A DNA stretch of 64,000 bases from Octopus sinensis (taxonomy: Eukaryota), in contig NC_043000.1 in NCBI RefSeq assembly GCF_006345805.1, positions 3,286,001 to 3,350,000 of the forward strand, read 5' to 3'. Shown piece by piece: positions 24,360-35,774 of this stretch. Each line of letters begins with the position of its first letter. Positions within the stretch are counted from its first letter, which is position 1. The position numbers and the translations under genes are program-made. The notes beneath the pieces are model-generated. The model worked only from the letters and a program-made list of their open reading frames with translations, was not told the origin of the DNA and did not search any database.

Positions 24360-25170
24360 ACAGTGTACTGTGGATGCAATTTCTGTAAACTGCAATCTTG
24401 AAGTCAGCAGTTACTTTTACTGTTATCCTAGACTCTTGTAAGTCTACCTGGCTTGTACTGGATCAGTTCTTTTAATGCATCTGTTTGTCTAAGATGCTAG
24501 AAAAGGATTGTCTGTGATAGGAGAGCCAAGATATATAAACTTGTGGACTATCTCTAGCTCCAAGTCGTTAATAGTGAGAATATGGGAGTAAGCACTTTAG
24601 TCTTCTTCAAGCTGATGGTCAAGCCATCATCTTGACAGGAGCTTGTGAGACTGTTCATGAGCATGAACAGTCTCACAACATTTGCTCTGCTAAGTGTGTC
24701 ACGAGTGCCACATCACCAGTGAATAGAATGTCTCTAATGAGTACTTTGCATACTTTAGTCAGTCAAGAAAGGCTTAGAAGTTTTCCGTTTTGATCTTGTG
24801 TGGAGATAAATGCCATCAGTTGATGTTCCAAAAGCATGTTTCAACATGATGCCAAATATTGTGGGAGCAAGAAAGCAGCCCTATTTCACTCCACTGTGAA
24901 CACTAAATGATGCCTTTCATGTCTGTGTGGAATGACCAAGCAATCCTTAGTAATAATGGAGGGCATCCAATCTTCACAACAAATTTAAACAGGATGTCTC
25001 TGCTCCCGAGATCAAAGGCTTTTGTGAGGTCAAAGAAAATGAAGTAGAGTGATTGTCTTTGCTTTCTGCTATATTCTTGTAATTGTCATAGGGAGAAGAT
25101 CATGTCAATTGTAGAATATTCTGACCTGAAGTTGTGCTCAGACTGAGAGTATAGACTTGACAGCAATTTT
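24360..25170 (-). pseudogene. Degenerate RTE (BovB-like) RT fragment
   Basis: Minus-strand translation FFDLTKAFD, IGCPP, GVK.GCFLAPTIF, IRDILF. Confidence 0.7.
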
Positions 25171-25334
25171 TTTACGATTTATTATGGATGTATGTGTACA
25201 CACACACACACAAAATTATTTATAACTTTATGTGAAGTTCTTTGACAAGACCAATGTTCCAAAAAAAAACAATTATTTCACGTTCATGAAATGTCAAATA
25301 TATAAATATGTACATATATAAATATGTACATATA

Positions 25335-25558
25335 TATATATATATATACACATAGGGGGAGAGTTCATGAAAAAAACAAAAGACGAAGACAGGTGGTGTA
25401 CAAAACAAACAGATGTATTAGTATAACGCTCAGGAATAGAAAAAGGCTTTTATGTTTCGAGCCTACGCTCTTCTACAGAAAGGGACACAGAGCAAAACAC
25501 GGAGAGAAACAAGGAGAGAAAAAAAATGTCTGTAGTGGCTACTGATCTATCATGGTGA
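25335..25558 (-). mobile_element. Short Penelope-like remnant with a variant hammerhead motif (25447-25482)
   Basis: Reverse copy of 63219-63418; flanked by (TA)n. Confidence 0.6.
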
Positions 25559-26177
25559 TATATATATATATACATACACACACATATATATTGAGGGAAA
25601 ATAAGAAGAAAATGGAGAATAAATGGATGCAATTACTGATTTATTTGCATGTTATAAAAAGTTGGGTTTTTTTTTTGAAAAAACGATAAAATGATTACAT
25701 AAACTGTGTTAGTTCTTTTTTAACCCTGACAAAGTCCTACCACAATATAGCTTGAATGTAGCAACTTCTTGGCATTAAACAAGATGCATGGAGATTCCCA
25801 TCAGCTAGATGATACGACTGAAACAAATATGTAAGTTCTTTTTCTGTTTTCATCTTAATTCATTTTTCTTTGAGCTTTCAACTTCCACTCAACTAATTCA
25901 TTTGCAATGTTTTTTTTTTCAAAAAGAAAATCATCTTTTTATAACATGCAAATCAATTAGTAATTACTTCCATCTATTCTTCTTCATTTTCTTCTCCTTA
26001 TTTTCCCTCAATATTGATAATTTCAATAATCCTAAGCGTATACCAATGACTTTCCCATTACATGATACAGATTAAACCAGTGGAATACCTTGGATCATAT
26101 AATCCCTAATGAGGTTTTAACTCCCTTGAATTAACTATATATATATACATACAAACATACATACGTACATTCATACA

Positions 26178-26213
<36 letters not shown>

Positions 26214-26235
26214 TATATTATATATATATATATAT

Positions 26236-26319
26236 AACAAAATCTGCTTCATCTCATTTTGTTTGATGACATTTATTGAACTCTGTTTAATGAATTAGTT
26301 CTTATAATGATCATATGCT

Positions 26320-26377
<58 letters not shown>

Positions 26378-26442
26378 CATATATATATACATACAAACAT
26401 ACATACGTACATTCATACATACATACATACATTACATACATA

Positions 26443-26486
<44 letters not shown>

Positions 26487-26703
26487 TATATATATATGTA
26501 TGTAATGTATGTATGTATGTATGAATGTACGTATGTATGTTTGTATGTATATATATATGTATATATATATATCTTTATATAATATATATATATATTATAT
26601 ATATAATATATATATATATAAGCATATGATCATTATAAGAACTAATTCATTAAACAGAGTTCAATAAATGTCATCAAACAAAATGAGATGAAGCAGATTT
26701 TGT
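26236..26703. repeat. Large palindrome centred on (TA)n
   Basis: AACAAAATCTGCTTCATCTC...GCTT at 26236-26320 has a perfect reverse complement at 26620-26703; inner CATA block is also mirrored. Confidence 0.9.
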
Positions 26704-26736
26704 TGTTAATGATGGATTATTCATTTATTCAATTAT

Positions 26737-26780
26737 CACCGACAGCTGTTTCTGTCAAAAAGACCATGATATCATCAAGG
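26737..26780 (-). ncRNA. Decayed type I hammerhead-like motif
   Basis: Minus strand CC-UUGAUGA-UAUCA...UGACA-GAAA-CAGCU-GUC-GGUG. Confidence 0.45.
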
Positions 26781-26972
26781 AAATAATGCATATTATTATC
26801 ATATAATGTCTTTTTTGTACTCATCAGTGGACTGTAATTAAAACAGTGAGATGTTTTAAATTTATTGCCTTCAGTTTTTTTCTTTGTTATCATGATATTA
26901 ATATTTACTTCATTAGACTCACAAAATGTAATTCAAGACAAAGGCTTAAAAGTGCAACTTTTATATTTCTAT

Positions 26973-27385
26973 ATGGCACAGGAGAGGCTGTGTGGTAAGT
27001 AGCTTGCTTACCAATCACATGGTTCCGGGTTCAGTCCCACTGCGTGGCATCTTGGGCAAGTGTCTTCTGCTATAGCCCCGAGCCGACCAATGCCTTGTGA
27101 GTGGATTTGGTAGGTGGAAACTGAAAGAAGCCTGTCGTATATATGTATATATATATATATATGTATGTGTATGTATATGTTTGTGTGTCTGTGTTTGTCC
27201 CCCTAGCATTGCTTGACAACCGATGCTGGTGTGTTTATGTCCCCGTTACTTAGCGGTTCGGCAAAAGAGAGCGATAGAATAAGTACTGGGCTTACAAAGA
27301 ATAAGTCTTGGGGTCGATCTGCTCGACTAAAAGTGGTGCTCCAGCATGACCACAGTCAAATGACTGAAACAAGTAAAAAAAAGAA
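26973..27385 (+). mobile_element. SINE family A
   Basis: Full-length copy. Confidence 0.9.
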
Positions 27386-27392
27386 AAACATA

Positions 27393-27818
27393 CTCTTTTA
27401 TTCTTTTACTTGTTTCAGTGGCCATGCTGCAGCACCGCCTTTAGTTGAGCAAATTGACCTCAACACTTATTCTTTGTAAGCCTGGTACTTATTCTATCGG
27501 TCTATTTTGCCAATCCACTAAGTTATGGGGACGTAAACACACCAGAATCGGTTGTCAAATGATGTTAGGGGGACAAATACAGACACACAAACATATACAC
27601 ACATACATACATACAAACACACACATATATATATATACACACACATATATATATGACGGGCTTCTTTCAGTTTCCGTCTACCAAATCCACTCACAAGGCT
27701 GTGGTCGGCCCGAGGCTATAGTAGAAGACACTTGCCCAAGGTGCCATGCAGTGGGACTGAACCCGGAACCATGTGGTTGGTAAGCAAGTTACTCACCACA
27801 CAGCCACTCCTACGCCTA
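27393..27818 (-). mobile_element. SINE family A (inverted partner of 26973-27385)
   Basis: Full-length reverse copy. Confidence 0.9.
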
Positions 27819-28019
27819 TATATATATGGTTTTATATATATATATATATATATATAGTTCAAATTTAAAGAAAACACAAGATGAAGGCAGGTGTATTAGT
27901 TTGATACTCAAGAAGAATGAAAAAGTCTTTGATGTTTCAAGCATACACACTTTCATAGAAAGGGATGAGAGGTATGTTACTCATAAAAAATGAAGGAATT
28001 GTTCTTTAGATTATTTATA

Positions 28020-28255
28020 TATCCATTTGTGGCCGTTGCCAGCACTGCCCCGACTGGCCTTGTGCTGGTGGCACGTAAAAAGCACCCACTACACTCATGG
28101 AGTGGTTGGCATTAGGAAGGGCATCCAGCCGTAGAAATATTGCCAGATCAAACTGGGCCTGGTGCAGCCTTCTGGCTTCCCAGACCCCAGTTGAACCGTC
28201 CAACCCATGCCAGCATGGAAAGCGGATGCTAAACGATGATGATGATGATGATGAT
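28020..28255 (+). mobile_element. RTE LINE 3'-end copy
   Basis: 3' UTR plus (GAT)n tail. Confidence 0.85.
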
Positions 28256-28517
28256 GTACAGAAAGTCTTCAGATTTTCATAGGAAATGAAATAGAATGAA
28301 ATAAAATACAATAAAGTAAACTATTAAGAAACTTCCATGTAACACTTTCAACAATGAGTATCCTAGTTACTCAATCAACTGAACTATTTTCTTGAATTAT
28401 AAGTATGAGACCAACTGCTTATCCTGAGACAACATGTACTCTTAACCTAATCTTCAGGCAGAATTAGCAGTGAAGCTTTATATTATAAGGCTGGCTCTTT
28501 AAATAAGAAATATAATA

Positions 28518-28902
28518 CCCCATGCCAGTACCTTTTAAAAGGCACCCATGCCGGGTGCCATGTAAAAAGTACTTGTGCTGGCAACATGGAAATAGCACGC
28601 ATGCTGGTGCTACATGAAAAGCATCCATGCTGGCACTATGTGAAAAGCATCTATGCCAGTATTATGTAAAAGAGCACATGTACCAGCAACATGTGAAATA
28701 CACCTATGCTGGTGCCATGTGGAAAAGTACACGCCATACTTTGTAAAGTGGTTGGCATTAGGAAGGGCATCCAGCTGTAGAAATCATGCGAAACAGATGA
28801 GTGGAGCCTGGTGCAGCCCTCCAGCTTACCAGCTCCTGTCAAACTGACCAACCCATGCCAGCATGGAAAACAGACATTAAATGATGATGATGATGATGAT
28901 GA
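28518..28902 (+). mobile_element. RTE-related 3'-end copy with an array of about 29-bp units
   Basis: Repeated ATGCTGGT...ATGTAAAAAGCAC units, then GGTTGGCATTAGGAAGGGCATCC and (GAT)n. Confidence 0.75.
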
Positions 28903-29524
28903 ATACATCTGAAATGTTTACATACAGTTTCCATTTACCCAATTTCATTCTCAAAACTTCATCCAATTATAGTAGAATTTATGTTGTTCAACGTGCTGCA
29001 CAGTGAGATTCAACCTGAAGTCTTGAAGCTGCAAAGCAAACTCAGGCACACTTTTATCACACACACATGCACGCATGCACGCACATACACACAGATAAGC
29101 ACAGGCACAAGTGCACACGTGAAGGCACATGGTCCAGTGGTTAAGGTGTCTGCGCTCAAAATCATAAGGTTGTGGGTTCAGTTTCTGGACTGCTTTGTAT
29201 GCTTCATCAAACTGATCCCCACCAGCCTGACCAGCTCCTGTCAAACTCTCCGGCACATACCATCATGGAAAATGGACATTATATAAAGAGGACTAGTTTA
29301 GCTGTTTCTCCAAAGATTGGAAAAAATAATGATGAAAATTCTTAATCAATTTCCAAATTTTATTGGATTTTCGTCAGTGGCATCAACACCAATTTGACCA
29401 ATCCTAGTTAAAACAAGCAGCCCACCTGTTCATATTCTCAATAATTACAATAGCTACAGAAGATTGGAACTACTAAATTGTATACCATAGGATATACTAT
29501 ATCTAACCTATACAGTACCTGTAT

Positions 29525-29943
29525 GTTGTTGTTTGTTCCTTCTCGAGCCATTCCTGGTTCATAAGAACTAATTTCCCAGTGTATAGGTTCTCCATGACTG
29601 TTCATCTAGACCCGTCTTAAATGTGTGTCAGGCGGTCACCTATGCTGTTCGGCCACGACCCTACGTAAAGAGCGGTTGTGCGGCGGATGCCGGCGGGCGA
29701 GCGATTGAAGGCGGGCAAACGCATGCGTCAAAAGGGACGTGTGTCCTTCTGCTAGGTGCAGAAAGAAAGAGTAAGAGAAAGTTGTGGCAAAAGAATCAGA
29801 AGAAGTTTACCATTACCTTCTGCTGGAGCCACATGGAGCTTAGGTGTATCACTCATAAACACACACATCACCCGGTGTAAGATTCGAACAAGCAGTCTCT
29901 CGACCACAAGTCCACTGCTCTAACCACAAGGCCATGTGCCTCC
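29525..29943 (-). mobile_element. tRNA-derived SINE (C/E-type head) with a CpG-rich internal segment
   Basis: Head GGAGGCACATGGCCTTGTGGTTAG...GTTCGAATC; tail GGCTCGAGAAGGAACAAAC. Confidence 0.65.
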
Positions 29944-30026
29944 AAATAGTATAGCACTGTAGAAACAAGGCTAATTCAGCTGTTTTTATGTAGATTGAAA
30001 AAATGATGAACAACAACATGTGTGCT

Positions 30027-30057
<31 letters not shown>

Positions 30058-30330
30058 GTCTTTTTGCTTTCACTTCATGCAATACTTATTTCCTTCAGTT
30101 TCAATCTTATGTAAAAAAAGAAAAAAAAATGTCCAGTGGGGAAATATTGCCTTTCTTGGAAAGAAGTGAGGGTTGGTGGCAGGAAGAGCACCCGGCCATA
30201 GAAAATCTGCTTCAACAAATTCCAGCTGACTCATGAAAGCATGGGAATGTGGATATTAAACAGTGATGATGATGATGGAGTTATGATGACATTCTGTACA
30301 CACACACACACAAACAAACACACACACAAA

Positions 30331-30469
30331 TGCAGGTGTGGCTTCACAACCACATGGTTCTAGGTTCAGTCCCACAGTGTGGTATCTTGGGCAAGTATCT
30401 TCTACTAGCCTTGGGTTAACCAAAGCCTTGTGAGTGGATTTGGTACATGGAAACTGAAGGAAGCCTGTC

Positions 30470-30520
<51 letters not shown>

Positions 30521-30738
30521 CACACACATATATGTGTGTGTGTGTGTATTTGTGTTGGTGTGTTTATGTTCCTGTAACTTAGCAGTTTGGCAAAAAGAAA
30601 CCGATAGAATAAGTATCAGGCTTAAAAAAGGAAAATAAATCCTGGGGTTGACTCGTTTGGCTAAAACACTAAAACCTTTCGAGTTGGTGTTGCAGCATGG
30701 CCACAGTCAAATGACTGAAAGTAGTAAAAGAATAAAAG
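30331..30738 (+). mobile_element. SINE family A (degenerate)
   Basis: Homology to family A. Confidence 0.8.
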
Positions 30739-30783
30739 CAAATATATATATATATATACACACACATACATATATATATACTA

Positions 30784-31140
30784 TAGGTGCAGGAGTGACT
30801 GTATGGTAAATAACTTGCTTACCGACCACATGTTTCCAGGTTCAATCCCACTGCATGGCACCTTGGGCAAGTATCTTCTACTATAGCCTCAAGCCAACCA
30901 AAGCCTTGTTGAGTGGATTTGGTAGATAGAAACTGGAAGAAGCCCGTCATATGTGAGTGTATGTGTGTGTGTGGTGTGTGTGTACACTCACCATTGCTTG
31001 ACAACTAATGTTGGTGTGTTTACATCCCCATAACTTAGCAGTTTGGCAAAAGAGACCGAGAGAATAAGTACTAGGCATACAAAGAATAAGTCCTGAGGTC
31101 AATTTGGCCACAGTCAGATGACTGAAAGAAAGAAAAGAAT
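30784..31140 (+). mobile_element. SINE family A (degenerate, tandem with the previous copy)
   Basis: Homology to family A. Confidence 0.8.
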
Positions 31141-31223
31141 ACACGCATGTATATGACAAAACAGGCCGCAGCTCAAAATTCGTCCACTGTATAAAAGTGT
31201 AATAAATAATAATAATAATAATA

Positions 31224-31780
31224 ATGCCCTGATGCAGTACCAGGCAATGGCTCTCATGGCTTCTGATCTTAACTGATTGAAAGTGTTATCATGTACATTG
31301 TTTTGTCTTGGTATAAAAGATGGGCTACAGCAAATATTCTGCTCAATACCAGAGATTTGCTTGTCAGTTGTTTGACCGTAACCAGTTGAGCATGTCTCTT
31401 AGTGGCTGACGATATGTGCATCTCTGATCACGAGCAGAAGTAGTGGCAGAGCATCATAGCCATGTGTTGAGAGGGATTCTTTGGGGTTTGAATAATTCAC
31501 CTCTGGAAACATGGGTGGTTCTTTCAACATCCTTAAACAACCCTTATTCAGGGACCTTTTGAGCGGGATGGGCTACTCAACCTGAGGAAAATTCTAACTG
31601 GGCCCCTCCTGCAAGGTCATGTGCTGTTTATCTTGATATGAGGTCACCATGTCGCGCACATATGGTTGTGATGCATGTGCCTGGTGTACCCTTATCAGAC
31701 GGGTAGTCATGATGGGTATATTGGGCTTTGTATATTTTACCCCAGTGTCACTTTGATGGCATGAACTGCTCTCTCACTCA
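31224..31780. mobile_element. ORF-less element of about 560 bp flanked by (AAT)n on both sides
   Basis: (AAT)n at 31201-31223 and 31781-31798; higher GC than the surroundings. Confidence 0.5.
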
Positions 31781-32462
31781 ATAATAATAATAATAATAAA
31801 ATGTACCCTAGAAACAATACTGGGTAATTCTTCCGAGGAATTATTGTTTTTATTATAGCATAAAAAACAAACATTAATTCACACACACACACACAGACAA
31901 GATAGGGTTAAAGTCAGGATTTACTTTCAGATAAATCAGTTTTCATTCAAAAAGACAAAAGAAAATAAAAGAAAAAGAAATGATTCTATATATGAGAAGG
32001 GAGCTTATTACAACAGAATCTAATAGAACTTCATTGTAGTTACCTCCCTTAGATTAAAATTATTTCTCCTTCATTTGGCAAAAATTGCTGACCGAATTGA
32101 TGACAGTCCTAATTAGGACTATTTTTAGTTAAGTGTATTTGTGTTATGTTACCCTCATTTCAGCAATGATCCAACAGACCAATAATTGAGGATTTCTGGC
32201 CGCTAGCACATTTTTTCTTTTATTTTGATTCTATGTATTATTCTTGTAACAGTGACCAGTGTTATTATTGTTGTTGTCGTTGGCTATGAACACTGTTATA
32301 ATTAATCTTATAATTAATGGAATATGGAATGCATAAGGCAGATTAAAAGAAGAAATATCGAGGGAAACATCCAATATGTTCTTCCTTATTTAAGATGGTG
32401 GGGATGTGGTCTTGGGAAAAATTTGGCTGCTATTTCTAGCACGCTGAGTGACTAGGGTCTTT

Positions 32463-33122
32463 CAGTACCATCTCGACTATCGGGTGTGTTACATTCCAAA
32501 ACCCCTCCCAATAGGTGAAAATCCGCGAAATAGAAACAGCACTGTACCGTATATATATATATATATTATATATATATATTATATATATATTATATATATA
32601 TATTTAATTATTTCTATAATTTGTGTAAATTTATCTTTATATATAAAAGAAAGGTTGTGTGCTGTCTGTCTACTCCGATTTAGATTCCTAACTACTCCCA
32701 CATTTTGCGGTGCAGTTTAACCAAAACCGGGTATCTTATGGTCGTGATTCATATCGAGCCCGTCTGGGTATTAGCGCGCGTCTACGATGAGTCTACGATT
32801 TTTAAAATAATTTACCATCATTTTTTTCCATTTTAATGCATTTTTTTAAATAAAGGGAAGTAACTCTCTAGAAATGTCTACGATGAGTCAACGATTTTTA
32901 AAAAAATTTACCATAATTTTTTTCCATTTTTAATGCATTTTTTGCTATTTTTTGGCTATAACTCTCTAAAAATGCTTTATAGTTATTTCCCTTACAAACC
33001 CGAGCAACGCCGGGCGATACTGCTAGTTTTATTATAAATGCAAAACAACAACATGGCGGAATCGACGTATGCTTAAATAATAAACCGCGATAGGCGAACC
33101 GCGAAATGGCGAGGGATTACTG
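32463..33122. mobile_element. Tigger/pogo-type MITE interrupted by (TA)n and a Helitron
   Basis: Left end CAGTACCATCTCGACTATCG; right end CGCGAAATGGCGAGGGATTACTG followed by TA. Confidence 0.55.
32634..33026 (+). mobile_element. Non-autonomous Helitron
   Basis: 5' TC, 3' CCCGAGCAACGCCGGG hairpin plus CTAG, A/T target; 3' end shared with 11513-11880. Confidence 0.8.
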
Positions 33123-33390
33123 TAGCCCCTAGATGTGACAAGCACTTTATAAGTTGTTATTTAACCCCCAAGCCAGTCTTGAGACTGAGCAAACCTATGA
33201 CCAAAGGTATTCCAGTCATGACAATCCTGCATTGATATTAGACAGTGTAGCTTAAGAGATTCGAGGAAGATTTTGGCTGCTATTTCATGAACGCCCTCAT
33301 TGTATCCCAAAGGAAAATGGAACGAATCATGCTTGGACAAGAAAACCAATGCCAAGATTTGATAGCACACGAGAGTCAACGATATTATAA

Positions 33391-33621
33391 GGCGGCGAGC
33401 TGGCAGAAACGTTAGCACGCCGGGCGAAATTCCTAGCGGTATTTCGTCTGCCGCTACGTTCTGAGTTCAAATTCCGCCGAGGTCGACTTTGCCTTTCATC
33501 CTTTCGGGGTCGATTAAATAAGTACCAGTTACGCACTGGGGTCGATGTAATCGACTTAATCCGTTTGTCTGTCCTTGTTTAGCCCCTCTGTGTTTAGCCC
33601 CTTGTGAGTAGTAAAGAAATA
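33391..33621 (+). mobile_element. SINE family B (tail B1)
   Basis: TSD GATATTATAAG on both sides. Confidence 0.9.
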
Positions 33622-33704
33622 GATATTATAAGAATCATTAAGGAGAACAAATACAGATGAGCTGGCCTCATCATTTGACTGAAGAACAACAGGTGGACAA
33701 TCAT

Positions 33705-34100
33705 CATCATCATCATCATCATCGTTTAACGTCCGTTCTCCATGCTAGCATGGGTTGGACGGTTCGACCAGGGTTCTGGGAAGCCAGAAGGCTGCACCAG
33801 GCTCCAGTCTAATCTGGCAATGTTTCTACAGCTGGATGCCCTTCCTAACGCCAACCACTCCGTGAGTGTAGTGGGTGCTTTTTACGTGCCACCTGCACAG
33901 GTGCCAGGCGGGGCTGGCAACGGCCACGGTCAGATTGGTGTATTTTATGTGCCACCGGCACGGAAGCCAGTCGAGGTGGTGCTGGCATCGGCCACGAGTC
34001 GGATAGTGCTTTTTACGTACCACCAGACCAGGGATCCTGGCTGGTTCAATTCGATTTCGATTTCGCTTGCCCCAACATGTCTTCACAAGCAAAGGGGTAA
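33705..34100 (-). mobile_element. RTE LINE 3'-end copy (long)
   Basis: Matches about 17850-18246. Confidence 0.9.
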
Positions 34101-34486
34101 CGGAATGGACACCAGGACAATGGACAAGATCTAGAGGCTGACCAAAGACATAATGGCAAGATGATCTCACCTGCTACCTGGGACCTACATGGCCATCACT
34201 GGCCAGTGATAGACAAGAGTCCAGGGAGGGCTTGTTCCTTCAAGAGTGACGAAACCCTGGATAAGGATAAGGGTTTATTTTTCTTGGAAGGTCAACCAAT
34301 TAAAGTTCCCTAATTGGTAGGCAATAGATATTGGATCCTTGAGCTGTGGATGACAAATGTAAACACTATCATTGCAGTATAATTGTAGCTTGCAGTTATA
34401 ATGATTGCATCATTCAGAAGCAATTATGTTATTCAATATAACAATTACGTCATTCATGAGTGAAAAAAGATGCTAGATTACAGAGT

Positions 34487-34822
34487 GAAGGTGAATGGTT
34501 CAGTGGTTAGAGCGTCGAGCATACGATCATGAGGTTGTGAGTTTGAATCCCCAACGGGGCTTCATGTTGTGTTCTTGAGCAAGACACTTTATTTCATGTT
34601 GCTCCAGTTCACTCAGCTGTAGAAATGAGTTGCGACGTCACAGGTGCCAAACTGTATCGGCTCCTTTGCCTTTCCCTTGGATAACACTGGTGGTGTAGAG
34701 AGGGGAGGCTGGTACGCATGGGCAACTGCTGGTCTTCCGTAAACAACCTTGCCCGGACTTGTGCCTGGAAGAGTAACTTTCTAGGTGCAATCCCACAGTC
34801 ACTCATGACCGAAGGGGGTCTC
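34487..34822 (+). mobile_element. tRNA-derived SINE, tail type D
   Basis: tRNA-like head, shared core, D tail. Confidence 0.75.
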
Positions 34823-34972
34823 AAGATTACAGAGGATGTGATCATGAGCTCCGATTTTATTAGTCCTTATTTGTAGCCCTGAACAAGGCAATTAACTCTG
34901 CTTGTTCTAGTTTACCTAATTGAACAAGAAACAAATATCACACCTATAATATTCCCCTATTACTAAATGAGT

Positions 34973-35275
34973 GAAGGTGTGTGCTTAATGGTTAGGGTAT
35001 TCAGCTCATGATTGTAAAGTCGTCAGTTCAAAACCCGGCAGTGCATTATGTCCTTGAGCAAGACACTTTCTTTCACATTGCTCCAGTCCACTTAGCAGGC
35101 AAAAATGAGTTATACCTATAATTCAAAGGACCAGCTTTGTTACGCTTGAGTCATGCTGAATTTTCTTGAGAACTATATATATTAAGGGTACGTGTGTCCA
35201 TGGAATTTCAGGAGGTGGGTGTTCCATTGACTAGATCAACTGGAACCCTTGTCATTGTAACCAACAGAGTGTCAC
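34973..35275 (+). mobile_element. tRNA-derived SINE, tail type C (degenerate)
   Basis: Core plus C tail, as in 9510-9896. Confidence 0.65.
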
Positions 35276-35719
35276 TTAGTAGGTCAATAGCAGAGATCCC
35301 CAACCACCAGGCCACAGACCAGTACTGTACCAGGGGTCATTTGGTACTGGGCCACACAAACGGAATAAATTCTTAAATTTTATTTCTGTTTTATTGATTA
35401 TCACAGTTGGCAGATTATCTTTTGCATTATATATGTGCTATATATGTCATAATTAAATTATATATTATGCACTTTATTGTGTTTTTGTTATGTGTATGAT
35501 ACCCCAGATCCCTTGAAAAAATTTCTTGCATCCAGCTGTAGAAACCATGCCAAAATGGATGAAACCTGGGCAGCTCTTCAGGTCCCAACTCCTATGAAAA
35601 CTGTCCAACCTATGCCAGCATGGAAAACAGACATTACATCATGATCATCATCATCATGGTGGTGGTGGTGGTGGTGGTGGTGGTGGTGGTGGTGGTGATA
35701 CTGATGATGGTGATGATGG

Positions 35720-35774
<55 letters not shown>

